From Pseudomonadota bacterium (lineage in GTDB: Bacteria > Bdellovibrionota > Bdellovibrionia > Bdellovibrionales > Bdellovibrionaceae), in NCBI GenBank assembly GCA_041178425.1, contig JBEGVH010000040.1:32001-96000 (forward strand): 64,000 nucleotides of DNA, given 5' to 3'. The notes under the pieces were generated by a model. It did no database searches. It saw nothing but the letters and a program-made list of their open reading frames with translations, and had not been told where the DNA came from. Both the position numbers and the translations under genes were made by a program. The stretch's first letter is position 1; each line of letters begins with the position of its first letter. Shown piece after piece: positions 27,037 to 36,477 of the stretch.

Positions 27037-29184
27037 ATGTCTAACGACAAACCTGTTGTAATGCCTGTATCTGAATACTTTGGTGAATTGACTTTTGGTC
27101 TTCGCCAGATGCGTGAAAAACTCCCTAAAGATGCCTTCTCTAACCTTATGCGCACCCTTGAAAAGGGCGAAAAACTCACAAAAGAAACCGCAGAGGTAAT
27201 TTCTCAAGTAATTAAAGATTGGGCTGTCGCCAAAGGGGCCACCCACTTTTGTCATTGGTTTCAACCCATGACGGGCCTTACAGCCGAAAAACATGATGCC
27301 TTTATCACTATTCAACACTCACACCATTCTGAATTGCGAGTGATTGAACGCTTCAGTGGCTCTCAATTGATTCAAGGTGAGCCCGACGCCTCATCGTTTC
27401 CGAGCGGTGGTATGCGCTCAACCTTCGAAGCCCGCGGATACACGGCGTGGGATCCGACCTCACCCATTTTTATTGTGACTGGAGAAAAGGGACACACCCT
27501 TTGTATTCCCTCAGTGTTCTTCGGCTATCATGGACACGCTCTTGATAATAAAACTCCCCTCTTGCGGTCAATGACCTCAATATCAAAAGAAGCCACTGAA
27601 TTTCTAAAGCTTCTTGGTGATGTAGATTGCAAGCATGTGCAAACCACCCTTGGAGTTGAACAGGAGTATTTTCTTATTGAGCGTGATTTTGCTTTTGCTC
27701 GGCCCGATATCGTAATGACGGGGAGAACCATTTTAGGCGCTCCGGCACCTCGTGGTCAGCAGCTTGAAGATCACTACTTTGGATCGATTCCTGCGCGAAT
27801 TAAATCTTTTATGGAAGATGCCGAAATGGAACTTTTCCGTTTAGGTGTTCCTGTGAAAACTCGTCACAACGAAGTGGCTCCGAGCCAGTATGAAATTGCG
27901 CCGATTTTCGAAAGCGCCAATATTGCCGCTGATCACAACGCTCTAACCATGGAAACTCTCAAGCGAGTTGCTATACGTCATGGCCTTGTTTGTATGTTTC
28001 ATGAGAAGCCTTTTAAAGGCCTCAATGGTAGCGGTAAACATTGCAACTGGAGTCTAAGTAACGATAAGGGAGAGAATCTCCTTGAGCCGGGCAATACCCC
28101 TCACCAGAACTTACGCTTTCTTGCTGTTTGCTCGGTTGTGTTAAAGGCAGTGCATGATCATGCTGACGTTCTTAGAGCTTCTATTGCTTCTCCTGGGAAC
28201 GATCATCGCTTAGGCGGTAACGAAGCTCCTCCGGCGATCATGAGTGCTTTCATGGGATCTTTCCTTGAGAAAATTTTTGATAGCATCGAGCAAGGGGAAG
28301 CGGCTAAGGCGACCGATGCTTCCATCATCGATTTAGGGGTTAATCATCTTCCTAAAATTTCAAAAGACTATACCGACAGAAATAGAACATCTCCGTTTGC
28401 CTTTACTGGTAACAAATTTGAGTTTCGAGCCGTGGGTTCGTCGGCCAACGTTTCTGTTCCCGTATCGGTGTTAAACGCGGCGGTCACTGAAGCTTTTAAG
28501 AATGCCAGTGCCCGACTTAAGGAGCTTCTCACTCAAAAGATTCCTCGCGATGAAGCAGTAATGCAATTAACGAGAATGCTTTTAAAAGAAGCTCGCAATA
28601 TTCGCTTCGAAGGAAATAACTATTCTCAAGAGTGGAGAGAAGAAGCAAAAAAACGTGGGCTACCAATACTCGATAATAGCTATAGCGCTCTGAAAGTTCT
28701 TAAAGATCAAAAAGCCGTTGCATTCTTAAGTGAGTCAAAGGTTCTCGATCACGAAGAAATACACGCTCGCTATCACATTTTGGTTGAGCGCCATGTGAAA
28801 ACATTGATGATCGAAATCAATACGCTCACCGAGCTGACGCGCTCTCATGTTCTCCCTGCTCTCGAAGCACAAATTCTAGAGACCGCTCAAGTGGCAGCAC
28901 AGTTCACTTCATCGATCGCGAAAAAAGCTCATGCTTCTCGCTTGACAGAGATGGAAGAAGCCTATGGTCAAATCATCAATAGTCTTGGCGACGTTGAAAA
29001 GTTGTTTATCACGATTGATGGTACGGAAGACTTAGAAAAACAAATGCAGGAGATCGTTGAAAACATGACTCCTCTGACGAACGCGTTACGAGAGGCGTGT
29101 GATCGAGCCGAAACAATCATCGGAACCGATTTGTGGAAGCTTCCGAAGTATCGAGAAATGTTGTTTACAAACACATTATCTTAA
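27037..29184 (+). CDS. glnA: Glutamine synthetase type III
   Basis: HWFQPMTGLTAEKHDAF, GEPDASSFPSGG, KTRHNEVAPSQ, GLNGSGKHCNWS, HRLGGNEAPPA, DRNRTSPFAFTGNKFEFR. Confidence 0.96.
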   Translation: MSNDKPVVMPVSEYFGELTFGLRQMREKLPKDAFSNLMRTLEKGEKLTKETAEVISQVIKDWAVAKGATHFCHWFQPMTGLTAEKHDAFITIQHSHHSELRVIERFSGSQLIQGEPDASSFPSGGMRSTFEARGYTAWDPTSPIFIVTGEKGHTLCIPSVFFGYHGHALDNKTPLLRSMTSISKEATEFLKLLGDVDCKHVQTTLGVEQEYFLIERDFAFARPDIVMTGRTILGAPAPRGQQLEDHYFGSIPARIKSFMEDAEMELFRLGVPVKTRHNEVAPSQYEIAPIFESANIAADHNALTMETLKRVAIRHGLVCMFHEKPFKGLNGSGKHCNWSLSNDKGENLLEPGNTPHQNLRFLAVCSVVLKAVHDHADVLRASIASPGNDHRLGGNEAPPAIMSAFMGSFLEKIFDSIEQGEAAKATDASIIDLGVNHLPKISKDYTDRNRTSPFAFTGNKFEFRAVGSSANVSVPVSVLNAAVTEAFKNASARLKELLTQKIPRDEAVMQLTRMLLKEARNIRFEGNNYSQEWREEAKKRGLPILDNSYSALKVLKDQKAVAFLSESKVLDHEEIHARYHILVERHVKTLMIEINTLTELTRSHVLPALEAQILETAQVAAQFTSSIAKKAHASRLTEMEEAYGQIINSLGDVEKLFITIDGTEDLEKQMQEIVENMTPLTNALREACDRAETIIGTDLWKLPKYREMLFTNTLS

Positions 29185-29203
29185 GAACCAGTTTCAAGAA
29201 TTA

Positions 29204-29234
29204 AAGAGAGGGAGCCGGCAAGGTTCCCTTTCTT
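29204..29234. terminator. Probable terminator hairpin
   Basis: AAGAGAGGGAGCC-GGCAA-GGTTCCCTTTCTT between convergent genes. Confidence 0.65.
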
Positions 29235-31611
29235 ATTTGCGAAGGATATTCATCGAGCCAGCATGGGCCGCTTTGCCCATTTTTCCGTTTTCCACTTCGT
29301 TTGGACCACAGATGCCCGATTGGCCCGCTTCACCAGGGTTGCCTGAAGACAAAAACCAACGACGGGGGCGACTATCCGCCTGCGAAGAAGGAAGCAACAG
29401 CGTAATTTGGCCGCCGGAGCCAGCATCTCCACCATTGCTGCCACCCGTTCTGGGCAAGTTGATTTCAAAGGTTCCATACCAATGATCTTCATATTCCGAC
29501 TTTGATAGGAGTTTTAATTGCGGGTGAGCCATTTGATAATCAATCCACTTCTGAAACCAATTTTTGTGATGACTGAGAGCCACCTTAAAGCTTTGGTAGA
29601 CTCCTTTTTGACATAGTGGACTAGACTGCCCATCGGAGCCAGGGCTGCCATCGCCGCCCATGGCGAGAAGTAAAGGCAATTGAAGCCCCTCTCGCTGCGA
29701 AGAAACATCGATCTCCAATTTTATAGAGCCACCAGGGGCCCCTTTGATGGGGACCGAAGTCTCTGGTGCCTCTGGGGGGGTTCCTAAGTCGACCATCTGT
29801 TCAATGTCGGCCACACTCTCTTTGTTTTTTTGAAGAGCGGTGGAGCTGCAGATCAACAAGTTATTTGGAAAAGGATTTTCCATAGAAAATCCGACCCACT
29901 TGGCTTGATCTCGGCCAGGAATTTTAAGGAGATTCACCCCTTCTAGATAATCACGAGTAGCGCAGGCTTGAGAGTTTTTGATCCACGGTCGCTGCCCTGG
30001 TGAGCGCATTGTCTTTGGGCCTTCTGTGGCATTGCTTCCAGAAACATCGATCCAAGGGTAGACTATTTTATTCCCACGCAACTCCACTCGCCCGGAAGGG
30101 GCAATAATTTTAGTGAGCCAATTAAAGTGAATTCGAGGGGCCTTAATAGAAAGAGTTTCCTGTTCTCTCAAAATAATTTGCCCGGCCGGTAGTACAATCG
30201 GTGTGGAGCTTTCAAGCTCCCAGCGAGACTGTTTGATGCCCTTATCATTTAAGACTTCACGATACCGAATAGGAAAGTTCGTTCGCCACTTTTGACAGGT
30301 CGGAGTTTGAAGATTTTCGCGATAACATTTATCAACGAGAGACACATTATAGAGAGTAAGCTGGAGAGTCCTTAAAACCTCGAGGTGCGCCTTGTTAAGT
30401 TCGTCATTCCACAATAGTTCGATGCCGCTTTGAAAGTGTTTATTTGAGAGCCACTGGCCCTTGGAGATAATATCCGTCGATGGTGAGAGCTGGAGTCGCA
30501 AGCTAATTGCTGCGCGTAAATAGCTAAACGTCTCATAGGCCTGTCTCAGTTTTCGAAACGAATCAGTTCTTCGGTCTGTTTTGGCCAGCCAGAGAACGAT
30601 TTCATCGTGGCGTCCAAAATAGGATTTAATTCTCGGAGAATCGAGTCCCATAAAAAGTTTGTGTGTTTGTGCGCCCAAGATCAGACTACTGATGGCCACC
30701 GATTCAAGGAGAGACGAAGAAAAAGAGGGGTGACTCCAAAGGGTTGCAATAACGGGACTCTGATTAAGTGTTTCAGGCAATTCTTGTAATAAGCCAAAGT
30801 ACCTCTGTTGCAGGTCAATAAGATCACCGGAACTGATCTCGGCGGTGCGGAGATCATTGAACTCAAACACAAGATCTATAGCCTCGAGGCTAGAAAAAAG
30901 AGTTTTCGCCTGCGCCTGGGGGTTAGAGAAGAGTTTCAGTGGCGCTACTAATTGGCTGTTGGGTGGGGTTGGTTGAGGCCTCATTGATTCCTCAATGAGG
31001 ATTTGCTCTTGTTTAATCAGTCCTAAGAGGTTGGCCAGAAAAGTTCGGTTCCAAGCTTTTGCGTGTGTTTTATCTCCATAAATCGATGGAATGAGTTGCG
31101 TGCCTACCCAGTCCAGAGTGTTCACAAGACTCCATTGAATCTCGAGATTGTTTAACATCGAATGGTAGTAGTTGAGCCAAAAGCGATCTTGTGGAAAGAG
31201 ATTTGAGATCGAATAGTAATCGTTCCACAATTCATAGGGCTTGAGCTCGAGAGACTTGGCCATTCTTTTGGAAAAATAATTTTTAATTTCAATGGCGCCT
31301 TCGGAAAGATAGAGATCCTGATGCAAAAGTAGAGCTTCTAGAAGTTGATGATCTTGTTTTGAAGTCCAACCGGAGGTGAGATTGTTTGAATCGGGTCTGG
31401 CCGCCGTGACTCGAGCAAAGGTGGCAAGTTCTGCAAAAATTGTCTTTAAATTTTCACCGAGCGACAATTTGGGGCGTACAGAAATTTCTGCAGGAAGTGC
31501 TGCCTGGAGTGATTCAAGGGGCGTGGAGCTCTGGGATTGGCCCCAAGATGATGAAGATCCCATCGAAACTACAAAGGAAATTAAAAACAAGAAAAGTTTA
31601 TTTACCTTCAT
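29233..31611 (-). CDS. Large hypothetical secreted protein with C-terminal Gly-rich (GxxGxxG) segments
   Basis: Signal peptide; helical N-terminal region; GGDGSPGSDGQ, GGSNGGDAGSGG, GNPGEAGQSG segments. Confidence 0.7.
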   Translation of the reverse strand: MKVNKLFLFLISFVVSMGSSSSWGQSQSSTPLESLQAALPAEISVRPKLSLGENLKTIFAELATFARVTAARPDSNNLTSGWTSKQDHQLLEALLLHQDLYLSEGAIEIKNYFSKRMAKSLELKPYELWNDYYSISNLFPQDRFWLNYYHSMLNNLEIQWSLVNTLDWVGTQLIPSIYGDKTHAKAWNRTFLANLLGLIKQEQILIEESMRPQPTPPNSQLVAPLKLFSNPQAQAKTLFSSLEAIDLVFEFNDLRTAEISSGDLIDLQQRYFGLLQELPETLNQSPVIATLWSHPSFSSSLLESVAISSLILGAQTHKLFMGLDSPRIKSYFGRHDEIVLWLAKTDRRTDSFRKLRQAYETFSYLRAAISLRLQLSPSTDIISKGQWLSNKHFQSGIELLWNDELNKAHLEVLRTLQLTLYNVSLVDKCYRENLQTPTCQKWRTNFPIRYREVLNDKGIKQSRWELESSTPIVLPAGQIILREQETLSIKAPRIHFNWLTKIIAPSGRVELRGNKIVYPWIDVSGSNATEGPKTMRSPGQRPWIKNSQACATRDYLEGVNLLKIPGRDQAKWVGFSMENPFPNNLLICSSTALQKNKESVADIEQMVDLGTPPEAPETSVPIKGAPGGSIKLEIDVSSQREGLQLPLLLAMGGDGSPGSDGQSSPLCQKGVYQSFKVALSHHKNWFQKWIDYQMAHPQLKLLSKSEYEDHWYGTFEINLPRTGGSNGGDAGSGGQITLLLPSSQADSRPRRWFLSSGNPGEAGQSGICGPNEVENGKMGKAAHAGSMNILRK

Positions 31612-31718
31612 GTGTCCCCAAAAGTTGTTTCAAAGCGTGAAATAAGTTTTGTTTAAAAAGATTGGTATGCACATTGAATGCCTAAACCTTATCGATTGAT
31701 TTTTCCGCGGAGGATACC

Positions 31719-32516
31719 TTGAAACCAGTCATCACAAAATTCACAATTCGAATTTTAATTGGCTTTACGGTTTTAGGATTTGGGACTGGCTGCGATAGTA
31801 AGCGCGAAGAACGATCTATAAAAAAGGTTAAGGGCCTAGAAGTTCGAATTGAAGATTACCGGCAGTCTCATTTTTTTGATCGCGCTCTTGGAGAATTAGC
31901 GGTTGGATTACAAAAGTGGAATGCGGCACTTGGTGCGAATATGGAATCGCAACAAGGCATGGAAAAAGAACCAATTCTTAATAATAGTCTCGATCCCATA
32001 ATGCCAATCCTCAAGGAGGCCCAGCGCGGTTTTTTTAAAAAAGGCGGCAAGGGTTGGAAAAAAGAGATTCGGCGCTTAGAGCGATTGTCTGCCGACAAAG
32101 AGATTTTTCTAGAAACAATCAGGGCGGAGATAGAGACAACTTCAGGGGCTAAAAACAACCCTTGGCATTTGACGGCTTTAGGTCGCTACCCAAAGGATCA
32201 GTCAGGGGAACTTTTTGACATTCAATGGCGTCCGCAAACCCAAGAATTAAAAATCGAAAGTTTGCAAAAGTCGGAGGCAAAATTGAGTTGTGTTATACGA
32301 TTCCGTGATCAAAGAGTGGTTGACGAGGCCTCTTGTGTCAATTTCGTACTTTTTCGTTTCGATAACAAAGATGTTAATCTTTCGAGGCTTTCTTACAGCT
32401 TAAAAAAAGGCTTTAGTGGCGAGGGTAAAATCACCACCTCCAAAGGAGTCACCGAAAAGTGGAGTTTTCCGGTCGTAAGTACCGATGCTCCTGTTCCCTC
32501 GGGAGAAGCCCATTGA
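31719..32516 (+). CDS. Hypothetical lipoprotein
   Basis: Lipobox-like GTGC after a hydrophobic stretch; SD GGAGG; first of four coupled ORFs. Confidence 0.7.
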   Translation: MKPVITKFTIRILIGFTVLGFGTGCDSKREERSIKKVKGLEVRIEDYRQSHFFDRALGELAVGLQKWNAALGANMESQQGMEKEPILNNSLDPIMPILKEAQRGFFKKGGKGWKKEIRRLERLSADKEIFLETIRAEIETTSGAKNNPWHLTALGRYPKDQSGELFDIQWRPQTQELKIESLQKSEAKLSCVIRFRDQRVVDEASCVNFVLFRFDNKDVNLSRLSYSLKKGFSGEGKITTSKGVTEKWSFPVVSTDAPVPSGEAH

Positions 32517-33382
32517 ACAAAAGCTTTTTTTTTATTTTATGCGCAACTTTGATCGGTTGTGATCTTTCTTTGAGGAGCCCGGATTCCACTCTACGTGAGT
32601 CGTCTCCGATGCGAGATTCTTTAAGACTCATTGATCAGGGGCGCCCAGAAGAAGCCGCCGTTCTTTTAGAAGAAATAAATCTTTTACATCCAGAGGATGA
32701 TGAGGTCGCCGTTGCATTGGCCTCTGCCTATGCGGGCATTGCTGGACTTAAAATAGCCTCTTATTATGATCTCTTTCGAGACATTCTGTTTTCGCGCCCA
32801 CTCACAAGCCTTCCAGGGCTTTCGGGAAGTGAAAAATTTCGGACCATGATTGGCAAGAAGGGAACCGTTGAAGACGATCGCTTTGAAAAAAATCGACAAA
32901 GTCTATCAGCAATGTCTGAATTACGATCCAGTCTTCTGATGGTTCTAGCACTGAGTGACACACTTGATCGCCTCCCGAATGTCTCCGAAGAAAAACAAAT
33001 GTTTTTGAGTGAAGCCATCGTCATTTTAGAGCGGCTCCAAAGCCCAAAGCGAGCGCACTTTGCTTATCGTGCACTTTTGAGGGCCACCTTAATAAAAAAC
33101 GAACTCAAACAAAAGCTCCAACACGGTAGAACCTGTGATGAAAGTGTTTTTGAGCTTATAGAATTAATTCGAAGAATGAAAGAGAAACTGGAATCTCTTC
33201 TTACCGACGTCGCCCTTGCCTTTCCTCGCGAACGGACCCAATTAAAACAAATTCTAGCATCGATTGATCGAAGTGTTCGTGAGTTGGATGTTTTGGCGCA
33301 AGTTCAAGGAAAGATTGCTTGGGCAAAAAGTATTGAGGAACTGAGACTGAGTGATGATGCCATGTCGTGTGGTGCCCATTGA
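32513..33382 (+). CDS. TPR-like helical lipoprotein
   Basis: TTG start overlaps the upstream stop; lipobox LIGC; LIDQGRPEEAAVLLE...HPEDDEVAVALASAYAGIAGL. Confidence 0.7.
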   Translation: MNKSFFFILCATLIGCDLSLRSPDSTLRESSPMRDSLRLIDQGRPEEAAVLLEEINLLHPEDDEVAVALASAYAGIAGLKIASYYDLFRDILFSRPLTSLPGLSGSEKFRTMIGKKGTVEDDRFEKNRQSLSAMSELRSSLLMVLALSDTLDRLPNVSEEKQMFLSEAIVILERLQSPKRAHFAYRALLRATLIKNELKQKLQHGRTCDESVFELIELIRRMKEKLESLLTDVALAFPRERTQLKQILASIDRSVRELDVLAQVQGKIAWAKSIEELRLSDDAMSCGAH

Positions 33383-34437
33383 CCATTACGAGAGTGGTGT
33401 GCTTTTTAGTCGCGTTGTGGAGTTCTTTCGGACAAGCGAGTTATGTTCTCGATGAACTACCGACGGCCTTTGTTCCGAACTCTCAGTCTTTCGCTGTTCG
33501 AACAATGGGTGGAAGTTGTTTGGCTATGCTCAGCATCCAAGACGGTGTTCCCTGTGCTGCGAGCCTTTTACCTGTGATTCGGAGCCCTCGATTTTTTGCT
33601 ACTGGCCAAATTGGTAACGGCTTTGAAGCCGCAAAGACCACCAACGATATTCTCTATAAACCCATCTCAAAAACCGAGCTTGAAAACCTTTTTTCACAGA
33701 AGAATCAACTGCAAGCTGATGGAAGTTTAAAATTTACTTTTGTGAGCTCTGCGTTTGCTGCGGAATTTGCGCCCTACCAAGCTCATCTCAACGGAGTCCT
33801 CAGGAATGCCAGCTATCCAGTCATAGGTCTTCATGCCCTCAATGAGAAGAGGCTTTTATTCTCTGGTGCGAAAGAAGTTTGGGAGAATGTAACGGTGGGT
33901 TCCCATCTGAGACTCTTTCAAAGGCGTTATGTGCACGAAGAAATTCAAATGTTTCAAATGGTCACGAACTCAGGCGCGATTGTTCGAACGAGAGAACAAA
34001 GTGGGGTCTTTTTTGATCCCAGTGTTACGTGGTGGAGCGGCCAGAGCGACAATGATCATCAAACGCGGCTGACCGTGGGTATTGAAAACCTGGGATGGGT
34101 TAGTCGAACTGATGCCTACTTATCCACGGCATCTCAATGGGTGGCAGGATGGGGGTACTCATTGCCTCTGGGGCTCGGTCTCTTAGAAGCGGGTATCGAT
34201 GCCAGGCCTAGGAGAGCTCAGGCTATCGATGCTCGTGATTTTGTCTTGGGCACTAATTATCGGCTCGGGGGACTGCAATTCTTAGCCGGGATTAACCAAG
34301 ACACTTTAAACGGTGGAGTGAGCTTCGCTCTCAAGCAAATCAATCTGGGTGTTTCCTACTATACTACGCGATGGCCCTCGGGCGACTCGGAAGCCTACCA
34401 GCAGAGTTTGAGAACTCAATTTTCGGTGGGTTTTTAA
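33367..34437 (+). CDS. Putative outer-membrane beta-barrel protein (TraF/FadL-like)
   Basis: Signal peptide, VRTMGG, alternating amphipathic strands, C-terminal beta-signal TQFSVGF. Confidence 0.65.
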   Translation: MWCPLTITRVVCFLVALWSSFGQASYVLDELPTAFVPNSQSFAVRTMGGSCLAMLSIQDGVPCAASLLPVIRSPRFFATGQIGNGFEAAKTTNDILYKPISKTELENLFSQKNQLQADGSLKFTFVSSAFAAEFAPYQAHLNGVLRNASYPVIGLHALNEKRLLFSGAKEVWENVTVGSHLRLFQRRYVHEEIQMFQMVTNSGAIVRTREQSGVFFDPSVTWWSGQSDNDHQTRLTVGIENLGWVSRTDAYLSTASQWVAGWGYSLPLGLGLLEAGIDARPRRAQAIDARDFVLGTNYRLGGLQFLAGINQDTLNGGVSFALKQINLGVSYYTTRWPSGDSEAYQQSLRTQFSVGF

Positions 34438-34438
34438 T

Positions 34439-35023
34439 ATGAGATTTTTTACTTTTTTGTTTCTTTCTTTGTTGAATGTTGATGTCTGGGGTTTGCCCAG
34501 AGAGCTGTATGTCAATCCCGTTCCGCGATCCGAATTGGACGCAAAACCAACCTGGGACAATTTTCAAAAGGTGATCATCGAACAGAAAAAAAGAAATGAG
34601 CAGGAAGGATTGGCCTACGTGATTAGCGGAGGCATCGCTTTTGTTGGCGGGATTGTTGGCTATCAACGATCCAATGATCTTTTTGCAAAAGGGGCCTACG
34701 CCCTTTCGCAGAGCTTGGGCGTGGCCGCTGTCGGGTATGGTGCTCACGAATCCTTAATTGGGTCACAGGAACGATTAATTTATGACACTCTGAACGCGGA
34801 TCACTTTTTAAATCCTGCTCAGAGAGATCAGTTCGTTAAGATTTATTTTGATCTCGAAGCGAAAAAAAATCGGGAGACGCAAAGAATTGCAGCTCTCACT
34901 CACGGACTCTTGGCGGGCCTCAATCTTTATAACGGAGTTCAGGCGACCCATGAAGATCTTCGATCCACCCTTTATTTTATTGCTGTGATCAATGTCATCG
35001 CCTGCGTAACCTATTCCTTCTAG
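34439..35023 (+). CDS. Hypothetical membrane protein
   Basis: Signal peptide, Gly-rich hydrophobic hairpins, C-terminal TYSF. Confidence 0.65.
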   Translation: MRFFTFLFLSLLNVDVWGLPRELYVNPVPRSELDAKPTWDNFQKVIIEQKKRNEQEGLAYVISGGIAFVGGIVGYQRSNDLFAKGAYALSQSLGVAAVGYGAHESLIGSQERLIYDTLNADHFLNPAQRDQFVKIYFDLEAKKNRETQRIAALTHGLLAGLNLYNGVQATHEDLRSTLYFIAVINVIACVTYSF

Positions 35024-35055
35024 CCCAACGAAGGTCTAGGACAACTAGACTTGGA

Positions 35056-35074
35056 TGTATTCATTTTGAATACA
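35056..35074. promoter_or_regulatory. Perfect 8-3-8 palindrome, candidate operator
   Basis: TGTATTCA-TTT-TGAATACA upstream of the TIGR02147 gene. Confidence 0.45.
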
Positions 35075-35099
35075 ATTTTTTTAAATTCCAGGAGGATTA

Positions 35100-35126
35100 T
35101 CAAGTCGAGGTCAAAATATCCGATAG
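35100..35126 (+). promoter_or_regulatory. Putative sigma-28 (FliA) promoter
   Basis: TCAA-N15-TCCGATAG versus consensus TAAA-N15-GCCGATAA. Confidence 0.4.
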
Positions 35127-35146
35127 AATAGAGGGAGGAGGGTGTT

Positions 35147-35986
35147 GTGATCAAAAAGCGGACGTTTTTTGAACATACGAATTATCGAGAACTCCTCAAG
35201 TGTCTCATTAATGATCGAAAGGAGGAGGGAAAGCCCTTTTCTTTTCGATGGTTTTCACAAAAGGCAGGATATTCGTCGCCGAATTTTCTCAAATTGATAC
35301 TCGAGGGTAAGAGAAATCTTACTGACGACGCCGTCGATCGATTGAGTCACGTCTTTCAGTTTAGTGCAAAGGAACGCACATTTTTTCGCATTTTGGTTCA
35401 ACTCAATCAGGCCAAGACGCCAGACCACAAAGAGTCGCTTGTAAACGACTTGTTAAAGTTTCTAGGGCCCCAAGGAAAAACCCTTTTAAGCGTTGAGCAG
35501 TATAATTACTACGCCAAATGGTACTACATACCACTGAGGGAGCTCATTGCGGCTTCGGGCGGAGGTCTCTCGGTGAAGGAAATGTCTCGCCGGCTTCAGC
35601 CAAATCTCACGGCGGACCAAGTGCAAGAGGCGTTGATCACATTGAAGAGTCTTGGGTTGATTGTCGATGACGAGGGTCGTTGGAAAGTAACAGAGAAGCT
35701 TTTAACCACGGGCGATGAAGTAACCATGGTGGCTGTGACTCATTATCATCTCAATATGCTGCGATTGGCAGGTGAGAGCATCAGTCGCTTTTCGCGAGAC
35801 GAGAGAGAAGTCTCTTCAGTGACCCTTTCTTTAACTCCAGCGAAGGCCATGGAAGCGAAGAGGATGATCCAGGAGTTTCGAAAAAAGCTCTGGGCTCTCG
35901 AAACGGAAGAGCCTGAAAGGGAAGTCTACCAAATCAATTTTCAGCTCTTTCCGATGACAAGTAGTAAAAAGGCAGGGGCGCGATGA
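35147..35986 (+). CDS. TIGR02147 / DUF4423 family HTH protein
   Basis: YRELLK...FSFRWFSQKAGYSSPNFLKLILEGKRNLT, YYAKWYYIPLREL, REVSSVTL, VYQINFQLFP. Confidence 0.9.
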   Translation: MIKKRTFFEHTNYRELLKCLINDRKEEGKPFSFRWFSQKAGYSSPNFLKLILEGKRNLTDDAVDRLSHVFQFSAKERTFFRILVQLNQAKTPDHKESLVNDLLKFLGPQGKTLLSVEQYNYYAKWYYIPLRELIAASGGGLSVKEMSRRLQPNLTADQVQEALITLKSLGLIVDDEGRWKVTEKLLTTGDEVTMVAVTHYHLNMLRLAGESISRFSRDEREVSSVTLSLTPAKAMEAKRMIQEFRKKLWALETEEPEREVYQINFQLFPMTSSKKAGAR

Positions 35987-36468
35987 TGAAGAAATCAATT
36001 CTTTTGTTGCTCTTTGTCTGTTCGTTCACGGCGTGTTCGATGACACGATGGAAAGGCACCGATACTGGAAATCCCGATCAGGTGCGCGACCCAGTCTCAG
36101 GAGACTCGGGCGCAAATAATTCGAACCCAACGGATCCAGCAGCCTTGGTTGCAAGTAAAATCTGCAGTAAGTTGCAAACGTGTTTTGCGGGAAGTGACCA
36201 AACTAATTGTATGGATTCGGTTTTGATGGTTGCGGGGCTCGCACCGCACTTGGGTTATTTTTCTCGCTCTACGCTTAACGATGTTTTGAATGATATGATG
36301 AAGAACGTAGATTCCACCAAATTAGTTCTCTGTTCAACGGAACTGGATGCCATTTCTTGCGTGGGAGCGCCTATGAGTTCTTCGTATAATAGCGGGATGA
36401 GTGGGAATTACTCAAGCGTCGGAAATCTCTTTTCGGCCACGCAAAACTGCAGTTCCGTTGGCTTTTGA
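35983..36468 (+). CDS. Cys-rich lipoprotein
   Basis: Lipobox FTAC, GTDTGNP, ICSKLQTC; translationally coupled to the TIGR02147 gene. Confidence 0.75.
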   Translation: MMKKSILLLLFVCSFTACSMTRWKGTDTGNPDQVRDPVSGDSGANNSNPTDPAALVASKICSKLQTCFAGSDQTNCMDSVLMVAGLAPHLGYFSRSTLNDVLNDMMKNVDSTKLVLCSTELDAISCVGAPMSSSYNSGMSGNYSSVGNLFSATQNCSSVGF

Positions 36469-36477
36469 AAACCCGCT

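Noticed and set aside
31663..31678. Sigma-54-like TGGTATGCACATTGAA before the lipoprotein operon
   Set aside because: The -12 element is GA rather than GC; too weak to call.
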